Below are positions 30,081 through 38,195 of a stretch of 64,000 nt of DNA, one piece after another. Numbering within the stretch: position 1 is the first letter of the stretch; every line of letters begins with the position of its first letter. This DNA is from an uncultured virus (IMG/VR IMGVR_UViG_3300010938_000034) (Duplodnaviria > Heunggongvirae > Uroviricota > Caudoviricetes): the IMG/VR virus record IMGVR_UViG_3300010938_000034. One strand, given 5' to 3'. The position numbers and the translations under genes are program-made. The notes below the pieces were generated by a model. That model worked only from the letters and a program-made list of their open reading frames with translations. It did not search any database and was not told the DNA's origin.

Positions 30081-30489
30081 TTTCTCCTCCTTCACCAATA
30101 GATTGGGTAGGGTTAGAGCCCAACTTCGGGTAGATTTCCTGTAGTCGAAGTCAGGTTTGCAGGCTCACCACACCTGTCTAACCCCACCCTTGCCTTTATT
30201 TTTTATCAGTCCATCTCACAACAATACTAAACCCCTTTTCTTTTTTCTTCCAAATATGGAAACCTTTATGCCCTGCCCTTAAAAGGCAATCACAATTACA
30301 AATAGGTAAAATTATTCCCTTTTCACATTTCCTTTTCACTTACTTTCTCCATTTTTATAAAACCCTCATCTTCTTTCTCCACTTCGGTGCTTGCCCCATA
30401 TAACATTGCAAGCATATCAAGAAGCCCCTGCTTGACTCCTCTTCTTCTCAAATATGCTTTCAACATTTCCTTCAAATCATCATAATATA

Positions 30490-30804
30490 CTATCTTTTCC
30501 ATTGGTTGCCTCCTTTTTTCTCAATTTTTTCTCCTCTTAATTTTAATTGGGTTTTTCTTGAGATATATGGGTCTTTCCAAAATGGATTGGTTTCTGTTCC
30601 CTGGGTGTAAATATTCCAGGTCTTTGGTCTTCTTTTCCACCCGTCGCAGATTCGGGCTAAATCTCCATAAATGTCATCTCCGATTCCTAATGTTCGTCCC
30701 AGCAGAAGACATACTGTAGTTGTGCAACCTGTAGTATGCACTCGATAATATCGACAGTTAAAACAAGATTTGTCATGAAACTTGAGTTCTGGTAATACTC
30801 TCAT
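30490..30804 (-). CDS. Cys-rich hypothetical protein
   Basis: CFNC..C..C, coupled to the nuclease stop. Confidence 0.6.
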   Translation of the reverse strand: MRVLPELKFHDKSCFNCRYYRVHTTGCTTTVCLLLGRTLGIGDDIYGDLARICDGWKRRPKTWNIYTQGTETNPFWKDPYISRKTQLKLRGEKIEKKGGNQWKR

Positions 30805-31607
30805 TTTTCCCCCCCCCTTAAGCAATCATTATACCATTTACAAATTTTCTCAATTTTTTCTTCATATTCGGGCATTATTACTTCATGTCCCTGACCTGAC
30901 CGTGAATTTATATGTTTATTTATTCCCCACTCAGTCTCAAAACCCTTTTCACAGGTCTTGCAATATGGCTTTTTAATCATAATTTTTAGTGTTTTAGCAC
31001 ACATCCATTGAGGGCATAAGGGAAGGTCGCTATGTTCTCTTTTTTTAAGAGCATCCTCAATTCCCATCTTGGTTTTAAGCAACCTTCCCCTTTCTTCTTC
31101 CAATTCTTCACTGGTAAATGTTACATCATAAAAAGCCCATTCAGGAGCAGTCTTATTAGAATCGTCCTGTTTTTCAAGCAAGGAGAGAATAATTAGCCAT
31201 CCTTTGGTGATATTTTCAATGGCACAATAACCTTTAAGTTGATTGAGATAATGCTCATAGGTTTCCGCTTCTTTTCCTTCTTCGGCAAGTAATCTTCGGC
31301 GAGTTTTAATTTCTGCGGGGATGTTTCCCATAAAACTATCCACCGAATACTTGATACCATTCCATTCTTTGGTTTCCCCCTTTTTGTAACCCATTGCAGA
31401 CAAGATTCGATATTCAATTGTTTGTCCACTTGTCCAATATGCAATCTCCTCAATGGATGGTTTCATAGGTTTTACTATTTGCCAATATTTCTTTCGTGGA
31501 GTTAAAAGATCAGTTAAATGGATACCTTCTCTGGTATCTTTTCCCCAGTTATTTTGAACTTCCCCTAAGCACCATTCTTCAATCGACTTATTTCTATAAA
31601 TTTGCAT
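30801..31607 (-). CDS. PD-(D/E)xK (Cas4/exonuclease-like) nuclease with C2H2 finger
   Basis: HLTDL..PRK, SVD....AEIKT, QLKGY, C..C...HINS..GH, CKWY..C. Confidence 0.75.
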   Translation of the reverse strand: MQIYRNKSIEEWCLGEVQNNWGKDTREGIHLTDLLTPRKKYWQIVKPMKPSIEEIAYWTSGQTIEYRILSAMGYKKGETKEWNGIKYSVDSFMGNIPAEIKTRRRLLAEEGKEAETYEHYLNQLKGYCAIENITKGWLIILSLLEKQDDSNKTAPEWAFYDVTFTSEELEEERGRLLKTKMGIEDALKKREHSDLPLCPQWMCAKTLKIMIKKPYCKTCEKGFETEWGINKHINSRSGQGHEVIMPEYEEKIEKICKWYNDCLRGGEK

Positions 31608-31822
31608 TAAAAATCACCTTCTTCTGCTAAAATTTTACTAAGAAATTTATAGAATTCGTCTAAGTGTTCTGGTTTTATTGTTATCTTTTGGTAGACATTT
31701 CTATTTTTATATTTTTTAACCTTACCGAGAGACGCAAACCGATGCGTCTTCCATTGTTTATCTACAAACGAATCGTTAAGATTCCAGGTATATTGAATAT
31801 TATCAATCGTTATTTCCTTCAT
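31607..31822 (-). CDS. Small protein, possible PC4-like ssDNA binder
   Basis: Between the annealing protein and nuclease; KITIKPEHLDEF. Confidence 0.4.
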   Translation of the reverse strand: MKEITIDNIQYTWNLNDSFVDKQWKTHRFASLGKVKKYKNRNVYQKITIKPEHLDEFYKFLSKILAEEGDF

Positions 31823-32540
31823 TATTGGTCTCCTTTGAGAATTTTTGTTTTAGGGAATCTTTTAATTCGACAAGCATTTGGAAATGCTCTGGTAAAAGGT
31901 TATTCTTGAATTCTTGGTAATGTTTCGTCCACCAGTTCTTCAATTCATAAATATTTTTTACTTTCATTGCTCTATCGTGATATTCGGCAAACTTCTTTTC
32001 TGATTCCTTTTTAAATTGATCCATATCACTTTCACTAATTTCTTTAACACTTCCAACTTTCTTAGCATGCTCAATAACTGCTTGAACAATTGATTTGGGG
32101 ATAAGTCTCATTGAGGCATTTCTTGAAGCTTTAACTCCCCCCTGCTCGAACCAGAAGGGATTTAATGACCCGGAAGAATATTTTTTAGGTTGCCTTTTAA
32201 AACCAAAGGCAGTATCCAGTAAAATTTCTTTGCCATCTCTTGATACGACATATCTACCCGCTTTGACAGTAAAAAATGCCTCATCTTCCTTTTCAGTGAA
32301 AGTAACTTCTAACTCCCTGATGCATTCCCCTTGTTTGCCAAGTTCTCCCTTTGCTTCATCAACCCCCGCCTTGCTTAATCCCCAAATCTCTTGTCCTTTA
32401 TCTTTAAAGTGATAAGTTAGAATTTCAGGGAGTCTCCCCTCAAGTTCCTGGATGATTAGTTCATCATCCAAAGAGTCCATTATCCTGAAAGGCAAGGATT
32501 CGTCTTTTTCAATCTGTTTTGGTAGTTGCTTCTCTTCCAT
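31803..32540 (-). CDS. Putative single-strand annealing/recombination protein
   Basis: GLSKAGV..A, KA.RNA motifs; adjacent to the exonuclease. Confidence 0.55.
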   Translation of the reverse strand: MEEKQLPKQIEKDESLPFRIMDSLDDELIIQELEGRLPEILTYHFKDKGQEIWGLSKAGVDEAKGELGKQGECIRELEVTFTEKEDEAFFTVKAGRYVVSRDGKEILLDTAFGFKRQPKKYSSGSLNPFWFEQGGVKASRNASMRLIPKSIVQAVIEHAKKVGSVKEISESDMDQFKKESEKKFAEYHDRAMKVKNIYELKNWWTKHYQEFKNNLLPEHFQMLVELKDSLKQKFSKETNNEGNND

Positions 32541-32684
32541 ATTCCTCCTCCTTTTTGAAAAAATTTTTTATCTCCTCTTCAATTTTATCACTAAAAGAAA
32601 TTGTATTATAAGCAGAATTTGTTATAATAGTGATTGTTAAATCGCCATATCTATTTCTATAAATATTGAATTCTTTTATCATAA

Positions 32685-32894
32685 TTACCTCCTCCTTAAA
32701 TTCTTTTTTTCAAGGATACCAATTCTCACCTCAAGCGAAGTAAGTTCTCTTGAAATTTCCCTTTGATTTTCTTTTACCTTTTCTATCTTTTGAATCAATG
32801 CAGGCTCAACCTGACAGGCTCTCCAGTAATAACCTAAACCAACACCAATTAACAAGATAAAAAACAAAGTAAGTATTTTTTCATAAAGATTCAT
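32685..32894 (-). CDS. Membrane protein with coiled coil
   Basis: MNLYEKILTLFFILLIGVGLGYYW; GGAGG RBS. Confidence 0.6.
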   Translation of the reverse strand: MNLYEKILTLFFILLIGVGLGYYWRACQVEPALIQKIEKVKENQREISRELTSLEVRIGILEKKNLRRR

Positions 32895-32895
32895 A

Positions 32896-33177
32896 TTATA
32901 CCTCCCCATCCATATTTTCAAAAAAATGGCAATTTTTGGCATTGAAAAATATTTTTCTCACTCTTATCTTGTCTCCACGCAATTCCTGATCTGAAATTTT
33001 GAATAGTCTCTCGTCCTCATTTGCATTCTCCCATATCCTCTTTTGACATAGGAGAAAGAACACTTCATTTTGTTTTCGGAGTTTTAGATAAAGGCAGTTA
33101 AGGCAGGTTGGATATTTTCCTCTTTCGGCAGGCGTGCAATCCATTCTGCACCAATTACATGTTTTGCAATTTTTCAT
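32896..33177 (-). CDS. Cys-rich protein, leaderless first gene of the leftward operon
   Basis: MKNCKTCNWC; ATG 6 nt after the -10 box. Confidence 0.6.
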   Translation of the reverse strand: MKNCKTCNWCRMDCTPAERGKYPTCLNCLYLKLRKQNEVFFLLCQKRIWENANEDERLFKISDQELRGDKIRVRKIFFNAKNCHFFENMDGEV

Positions 33178-33183
33178 GGCTAA

Positions 33184-33212
33184 ACTATACCATAAAAAAA
33201 TAGTTTTGTCAA
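33184..33212 (-). promoter_or_regulatory. Leftward sigma70 promoter
   Basis: TTGACA-N17-TATAGT. Confidence 0.75.
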
Positions 33213-33293
33213 GAAAAAAATAGACATATAAGTTGTCATTTTTTAACCTTTGTTTTTCTTTTTCACAAGGTTCAACTGAAGTCAACAAGGGTA

Positions 33294-33322
33294 TTGACAT
33301 TCATTAAATTTTATGATATATT
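33294..33322 (+). promoter_or_regulatory. Rightward sigma70 promoter (extended -10)
   Basis: TTGACA-N17-TATATT with TG at 33314. Confidence 0.75.
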
Positions 33323-33328
33323 ACAACC

Positions 33329-33535
33329 ATGACACAAACCGAAATGGCTAAAAAATTAGGCATTTCAAGAACTTATTTAAATGGTATCCTCAATGGCAAA
33401 AGAAAACCCTCAATTAAGTTAGCCAAAAAGATAGCAAAGTTAATGGGAATATCTTACCTTGAATTAAGGAAAGATATAAAAGAAATTTTACTTGATTCAC
33501 TGGATGACCTTCTAAGGAATAGAAAAGCAATATAA
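33329..33535 (+). CDS. Cro/XRE-family HTH regulator
   Basis: MTQTEMAKKLGISRTYLNGILNGKRKPS. Confidence 0.9.
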   Translation: MTQTEMAKKLGISRTYLNGILNGKRKPSIKLAKKIAKLMGISYLELRKDIKEILLDSLDDLLRNRKAI

Positions 33536-33620
33536 TGCGGGGGCGGTCTCTACATTGAGGGGAGTAGAGAGGGGCAGTTTATCTGACTCTATGAAAGTGA
33601 GCCTCCGTCAATAAAAAACA

Positions 33621-33905
33621 ATGAAGATATTAGCCTTAATTTTATTACTTTTGGGCATTACCATTATTTTCAATGCCGAAACCAATGAAGGGTTTGTTTA
33701 TATAAATAGAAGTGGATCTGATGCTACATATATTTTGCAACCCTCTTTAAATCGAGTAACAGTGTTTGATTCTGATGGTAATTCCAATACAATGACTTAT
33801 ATATTTTTTTTGAAAATCTTTAAAGAAGTAAATAAGGAATTTGGTAAAGAAGATTTGCGGGCAATTATAAGATCATTCACGAAAGAACCCAAAATGATTT
33901 ACTAA
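33621..33905 (+). CDS. Secreted/membrane hypothetical protein
   Basis: Signal peptide. Confidence 0.5.
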   Translation: MKILALILLLLGITIIFNAETNEGFVYINRSGSDATYILQPSLNRVTVFDSDGNSNTMTYIFFLKIFKEVNKEFGKEDLRAIIRSFTKEPKMIY

Positions 33906-33906
33906 A

Positions 33907-34095
33907 ATGATTGATAAAATTGAAAAAATATTTGGTTATGCATTTTGGACATTTATTGTTTATCTTTTTGCAATTAGTTGCTATGGAGTGGGAGAAAAAC
34001 AGGGTAGTTTTTGGATTGGACTTTTTGGATGGTGGCTCTTCGCAATACCCATTGAATGGTTCATAAATAGAGACAATCCCGACCCCAAACCTTGA
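33907..34095 (+). CDS. Small membrane protein
   Basis: Two TM segments. Confidence 0.5.
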   Translation: MIDKIEKIFGYAFWTFIVYLFAISCYGVGEKQGSFWIGLFGWWLFAIPIEWFINRDNPDPKP

Positions 34096-34120
34096 CATTC
34101 GATTAAAAATGTGATATGAT
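34092..34120 (+). promoter_or_regulatory. sigma70 promoter for the replication gene
   Basis: TTGACA-N17-TATGAT; resembles the cro promoter. Confidence 0.7.
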
Positions 34121-34130
34121 AATTTTTAAA

Positions 34131-34248
34131 GAGGCAGGCAATATGGAAGCATTAAATCAAAAAAATAAAAACCAAAAGCAAGGGGTTGTTAGGAAAGCCT
34201 GCCCTCCGAGAGATCGGAATGCTTCCACCTAACAGCCCCTTTGTTTTT
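34131..34248 (+). ncRNA. Structured leader upstream of the initiator (C4-like antisense/attenuator architecture)
   Basis: 13-bp stem 34181-93/34228-40 plus U tract; internal segments complementary to 34131-39 and 34144-53. Confidence 0.55.
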
Positions 34249-34264
34249 GGTGGAGATAATATGT

Positions 34265-35008
34265 GTGGCATCACCTCAATTAGAAAATGGATATACTTCT
34301 ATTGCCAATGAAATTTTGGAAGCACTTTGGAAAATAAATTTATCCCCATATGAGTATAGAGTGCTTTTATATTTATTAAGAAAAACTTATGGATGGCAAA
34401 AGAAAACGGATAGAATAACCTTATCTCAATTTGCAAGAGATATTGGAATTGACCGTAGATTAATTTTTAGGGCTATTAAAAAATTGTCATCTAAACAGAT
34501 GATTGTCATCTATAAAGATGACAAAAATCGTTTAAGTTATGGATTTCAAAAGGATTATGACAAATGGTTTTTGTCATCTAAAAAGATGACTGTCATCTAT
34601 AAAGATGACAAGGTATCATCTAAACAGATGACAAAACTGTCATCTAAACAGATACTCACAAAAGAAAATATAATAAACTATACAAAAGAAAATATATACA
34701 TTGATCGTTTTAATGTTTTTTGGAAAGAATATCCTAAAAAAATAGGCAAGGGATATGCAAGAAAAATTTGGATGAAATTGAAACCATCCCAAGAACTTTT
34801 AGAAAAAATGCTTTCTACCTTAAAAGCATATAAAGAAACGGAGCAATGGAGAAAAGAAAATGGTAAATTTATACCCCATCCTTCGACCTGGCTTAATCAA
34901 GGAAGATGGGAAGATGAAGTTGAAACCATAAAACCAGAACCCCAGCCTATAGAAACTGGAGTCCCTGATTGGATAAAGGAGGCGATTAAAGATGGATGGA
35001 AAGGATAA
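34265..35008 (+). CDS. Replication initiator (lambda O-like N-terminus)
   Basis: ENGYTSIANEILEAL, LRKTYGWQK, FWKEYPKK, FIPHPSTWLNQGRWEDE. Confidence 0.9.
   Translation: MASPQLENGYTSIANEILEALWKINLSPYEYRVLLYLLRKTYGWQKKTDRITLSQFARDIGIDRRLIFRAIKKLSSKQMIVIYKDDKNRLSYGFQKDYDKWFLSSKKMTVIYKDDKVSSKQMTKLSSKQILTKENIINYTKENIYIDRFNVFWKEYPKKIGKGYARKIWMKLKPSQELLEKMLSTLKAYKETEQWRKENGKFIPHPSTWLNQGRWEDEVETIKPEPQPIETGVPDWIKEAIKDGWKG
34485..34655. repeat. Six iterons inside the initiator gene = probable origin
   Basis: TGTCATCTAWAMAGATGAC-type copies at 34485, 34504, 34572, 34591, 34614, 34638, then an AT-rich tract. Confidence 0.85.
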
Positions 35009-35297
35009 ATTTGGTAAAAGTCTTGGTAGGGATTGCATTAAATTAATTCAACGCAAACTTGCTGGTGTCATTTCAAAAGAAGAATTTTATAGCGAACTTG
35101 TTAATTTACATGAAAAATATCCTATACCTGGCCACGAACCATCGTTGACCAAAACAAGAATGGATAATTATCGAGAAAGAAATGTTATTGAAAATTATGA
35201 AGATATTTATTATTGGGATAAAACATACCCCAAAAATTTTTGGGAATCCGCTCAAATGTATTTGGTAAATATCAAAAAGGAAAATGATGAATTTTGA
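34992..35297 (+). CDS. Hypothetical protein
   Basis: AGGAGG RBS, overlaps the initiator end. Confidence 0.65.
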   Translation: MDGKDKFGKSLGRDCIKLIQRKLAGVISKEEFYSELVNLHEKYPIPGHEPSLTKTRMDNYRERNVIENYEDIYYWDKTYPKNFWESAQMYLVNIKKENDEF

Positions 35298-35423
35298 TAG
35301 TTTGTAATACTTGCAGTGCTATATTTTTTGACATTGATGAAAAAGGAAGAGCTGAAAGAGTCTACAAAGAGCATCTAAAATATTGTGAGCCCATTAGAAA
35401 AAAGAAAAGTTTGAGGAGGAAGG

Positions 35424-35717
35424 ATGAAAAATTATTACATCCATTTAGACAATGGAAAATGGCAAAAGGTTAAGGGTCGCAAAGTTAAAATTGAAGGTTT
35501 TGAAGACCTTGACTTGTTTTACTATAAAGAAGACGATTATTATTATATTACAGAAGGAAAGACAGGTATGAAGGTTGTTGGTGGCATTGAATCTTTAAAC
35601 ATTGCTAAACAATGTGCTCGTGATTTTTTGATAAAGATAAGAAAAAATAGAAAATTAGATAAAGTAATAAGTGAGTCAATTAAAGTATATGGATTGTCTC
35701 CAAGATATGAGGTGTGA
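35424..35717 (+). CDS. Hypothetical protein
   Basis: ITEGKTG motif, RBS. Confidence 0.65.
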   Translation: MKNYYIHLDNGKWQKVKGRKVKIEGFEDLDLFYYKEDDYYYITEGKTGMKVVGGIESLNIAKQCARDFLIKIRKNRKLDKVISESIKVYGLSPRYEV

Positions 35718-35718
35718 A

Positions 35719-36000
35719 ATGAATAAATTCAAAGCCAAAGGCGATAGGTTTGAGCGTGAATTAGTCCATTTAGCGGAATCTTATGGTTTAAAAGCATACC
35801 GAAATCGCATGAGTAGAGCAAGTCCTCAGGAACACTGGGATATTTCAATTGCTGGACGAAAATTCGAGGCAAAGAAGCGTGGCCATGGTTTTAAAGAAAT
35901 CCGTAAATGGCTCATTGGTAACGATGGAGTCATTGTAGGATCGGATAGAGAGGAGCCTTTGGTGGTTTTAAGACTTGATGATTATTTGAAATTGCTATAG
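35719..36000 (+). CDS. Hjc-like Holliday junction resolvase
   Basis: KAKGDRFERELV...D......FEAK...DREEPLVV. Confidence 0.8.
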   Translation: MNKFKAKGDRFERELVHLAESYGLKAYRNRMSRASPQEHWDISIAGRKFEAKKRGHGFKEIRKWLIGNDGVIVGSDREEPLVVLRLDDYLKLL

Positions 36001-36200
36001 GGAAGAATATATGGAATACAGAAAAACTCCAGAATATTGGCGAAAAAAATTAAATATTATACCTGGTATGTCTAAACAAGAGGCATTAGAAAAATTTTTA
36101 GATTGGCAAAAAGATAAAAAGACTTGTATTCGATGTGAGGAAAATGAATATAAATATAAAGATTTTTGCGACCTTTATTTGATCTGTAAGGAGGTGGAAA

Positions 36201-36425
36201 ATGGAATACCTAATGGTCAATTATCTAATCACGGAGAAAAATCTTGCAGAGGCTCTTGGGGTATCCAAACAAACACTTTTAAAATTACGCCAAAAAGGTT
36301 GTCCGTGGATAAGTATCGGAGGCAAAGTGTATTACTATGAACCCGATTTTATGAAATGGGTTTTAGAAAATCAGAAAAGAGTCACAGATATATCACAACA
36401 AATAACGGGAGATAATGATATATAA
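36201..36425 (+). CDS. Excisionase-like HTH protein
   Basis: ITEKNLAEALGVSKQTL..LR..G.P...IGGKVYY. Confidence 0.8.
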   Translation: MEYLMVNYLITEKNLAEALGVSKQTLLKLRQKGCPWISIGGKVYYYEPDFMKWVLENQKRVTDISQQITGDNDI

Positions 36426-36509
36426 ATAAAACAATATAATATATAACGCCAGATATGGTTTATCTCTAAACCTATATAAAACCATTAACTCTTAAAAAAT
36501 TGTGTAAGA

Positions 36510-36656
36510 CCCCCAGTCCCGTCTCAGGATTCTCACCCGTAACGTTAAGGATTGAGTGAGCCTTCCCCGTTGCTCCCGTTCCCTGCCCAGCGGTCAAGTG
36601 CAATCAAAGGCACTGACATAGGTCTTATGGTATACGCTCAATCCATAGACTGGGGG
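36510..36656 (+). ncRNA. Candidate ~150-nt structured RNA
   Basis: CCCCCAGTC/GACTGGGGG and GGATTGAGTG/CGCTCAATCC nested stems; GC-rich intergenic island. Confidence 0.4.
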
Positions 36657-36662
36657 ATTAAA

Positions 36663-36803
36663 TCTAATTTTCCATCTCCAGCCTATCTATGGGCATGGAG
36701 TAGAAACACTCCCTACATACCTCTATATGACGCCCGTCCTCGAGGATAAGGTCATAGAGGGCAACAACAAGTTTGCCACATTTGTCACATATATAACACT
36801 TCA
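36663..36803 (-). CDS. 46-aa zinc finger protein (not in track)
   Basis: AGGAGGTG RBS, TTG start, CDKCG...CRECF. Confidence 0.6.
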
Positions 36804-37152
36804 AATTAATCACCTCCTTATTTTTCTTCATTTGCCGTTTTTACTCCCAATAAATATGCTTGCGTTAATAGGGCACAAGTTCTAGTGAACTGTTCCCATA
36901 TTGCACACTTTTCCTTAAGGCAGTATTCTAAATGCTCCCTTGAACTTGCTAAACAAAATGGACATATTTTTTCGTTTTTCATTTTTTCTCCCTTCTCCCC
37001 GTATAGCCGATAGGTCAGCTTTGAGTTGTTTAATCAGGCCAAACACCGAATTTAAGCAACCAATCTTTTGTTTAAAACAAAAAGGGGTAGCCAGTCTTTC
37101 GACCAACTACCCCTTTTCTCGGTTGCCTATTGCAGTGAGGTGGGGTTGAATT

Positions 37153-37674
37153 TTATTCTAATAATTGTTCAAGTCCCTCTTCCTCCATATTTTCAATCTT
37201 TCCGTCAGGGAACGATTTATAAGAATATTCCCCTTGGGAAACCCTTCTACCAGAGATGCTGGCGTGAACTACCAGCTCTGGGCTTTTGACATTAACCAGA
37301 GCCCAAGCTGTCTCTCCAAGATTACCTTGGGGGGAATGAAACTCTTTACCCTCAGCAACTATTTCAAAATCTCCCTCAAGGGAGAAATCAGCTGACCCCC
37401 TATACCCCGATCTTTCTTTGACCAGGGCAACCCAGCCTTCTGCAGGACGAAGAACAAGAGCACCTTTTTCTGTCTTGACAACTTGTGCTCCATGGATGGG
37501 GAATTCTAAATCCCAAGGAGTCCACTGCTTTCCTGCATCTGGTGGGATTTCTTCAGGAGAGTGTGGGACAAAACTTTTATTAACCCACACCTTTGTCTTG
37601 ATGTGGTCGTGGCTACCAGCCACGAGTTCAATGTAGAAGAAGTTTTTCTCGTTCCTAAATAACTTTGCCTTCAT
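37153..37674 (-). CDS. Hypothetical protein
   Basis: 173 aa, GGGAGG RBS directly after repeat copy 2. Confidence 0.75.
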   Translation of the reverse strand: MKAKLFRNEKNFFYIELVAGSHDHIKTKVWVNKSFVPHSPEEIPPDAGKQWTPWDLEFPIHGAQVVKTEKGALVLRPAEGWVALVKERSGYRGSADFSLEGDFEIVAEGKEFHSPQGNLGETAWALVNVKSPELVVHASISGRRVSQGEYSYKSFPDGKIENMEEEGLEQLLE

Positions 37675-37689
37675 CTCAATCCTCCCTTT

Positions 37690-37813
37690 GGGCTTCCGCT
37701 CCTTCTGAGCTTCCGCCCTGGTAGCTTTTCTTAGATTTACCTCTCTATCGTGGAGGCTTCAAGGGCTTAGCTACCGAACCCCTACGAGCAGGTTTCAGGT
37801 TTTCTGCCAACCT
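37690..37813 (-). repeat. Structured direct repeat, copy 2 (5' leader of the sigma54 transcript)
   Basis: Matches 1-126; lies between the sigma54 promoter and the RBS of 37153-37674. Confidence 0.9.
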
Positions 37814-37834
37814 TCAAATTTTTACTTATTTAAA

Positions 37835-37851
37835 AGCAATTCCTGTGCCAA
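37835..37851 (-). promoter_or_regulatory. sigma54 promoter, copy 2
   Basis: Minus strand TTGGCACAGGAATTGCT; ~40 bp of context nearly identical to copy 1. Confidence 0.8.
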
Positions 37852-37886
37852 TTTTTAAAAAAACTTAAAAATTTCTTTCTTAATGA

Positions 37887-38020
37887 TTTCAATACTTTAA
37901 AAATTCCAGTCTCCATCAAAATACCCAATTTTGCGAAAATTACCTACGCATACACAAAAAATTTAAATAATTCCAACATCTTATAAACTTACATTTTTGC
38001 ACAACTGCACAATTTTGTGC
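37887..38020. promoter_or_regulatory. IHF-like site and enhancer-like palindromes
   Basis: TTTCAATACTTTA 37887; TTACATTTTTGCACA 37989; GCACAATTTTGTGC 38007. Confidence 0.55.
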
Positions 38021-38195
38021 AATTGAATTCATAATTTACAATATATTTTAATTTTATTAATATATATAAGCATTCAAATTTAAATAATTTTATTTTTGTA
38101 ACATAATTTAATAAATTGTATAATAAAAATTTTCTTATTGACTAATTTTTTAATTAATTTAATATATTACTCAAAATAAAAAAAAGGAGGTTTTT

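Noticed and set aside
34485..34655. CRISPR-like array
   Set aside because: Repeats abut or have irregular short gaps and lie inside the initiator ORF, so they are iterons. The Cas4-like nuclease at 30801 has no other cas genes nearby.
36011..36340. Full-length 109-aa ORF
   Set aside because: Its 3' half overlaps the better-supported HTH gene at 36201; the N-terminal part may be real but its extent is uncertain.
1..37813. Repeat pair as attL/attR or phage terminal repeats
   Set aside because: Copies diverge after 55 nt, no integrase or host DNA flanks them, and viral genes continue beyond; homologous recombination or a mis-join remains possible.
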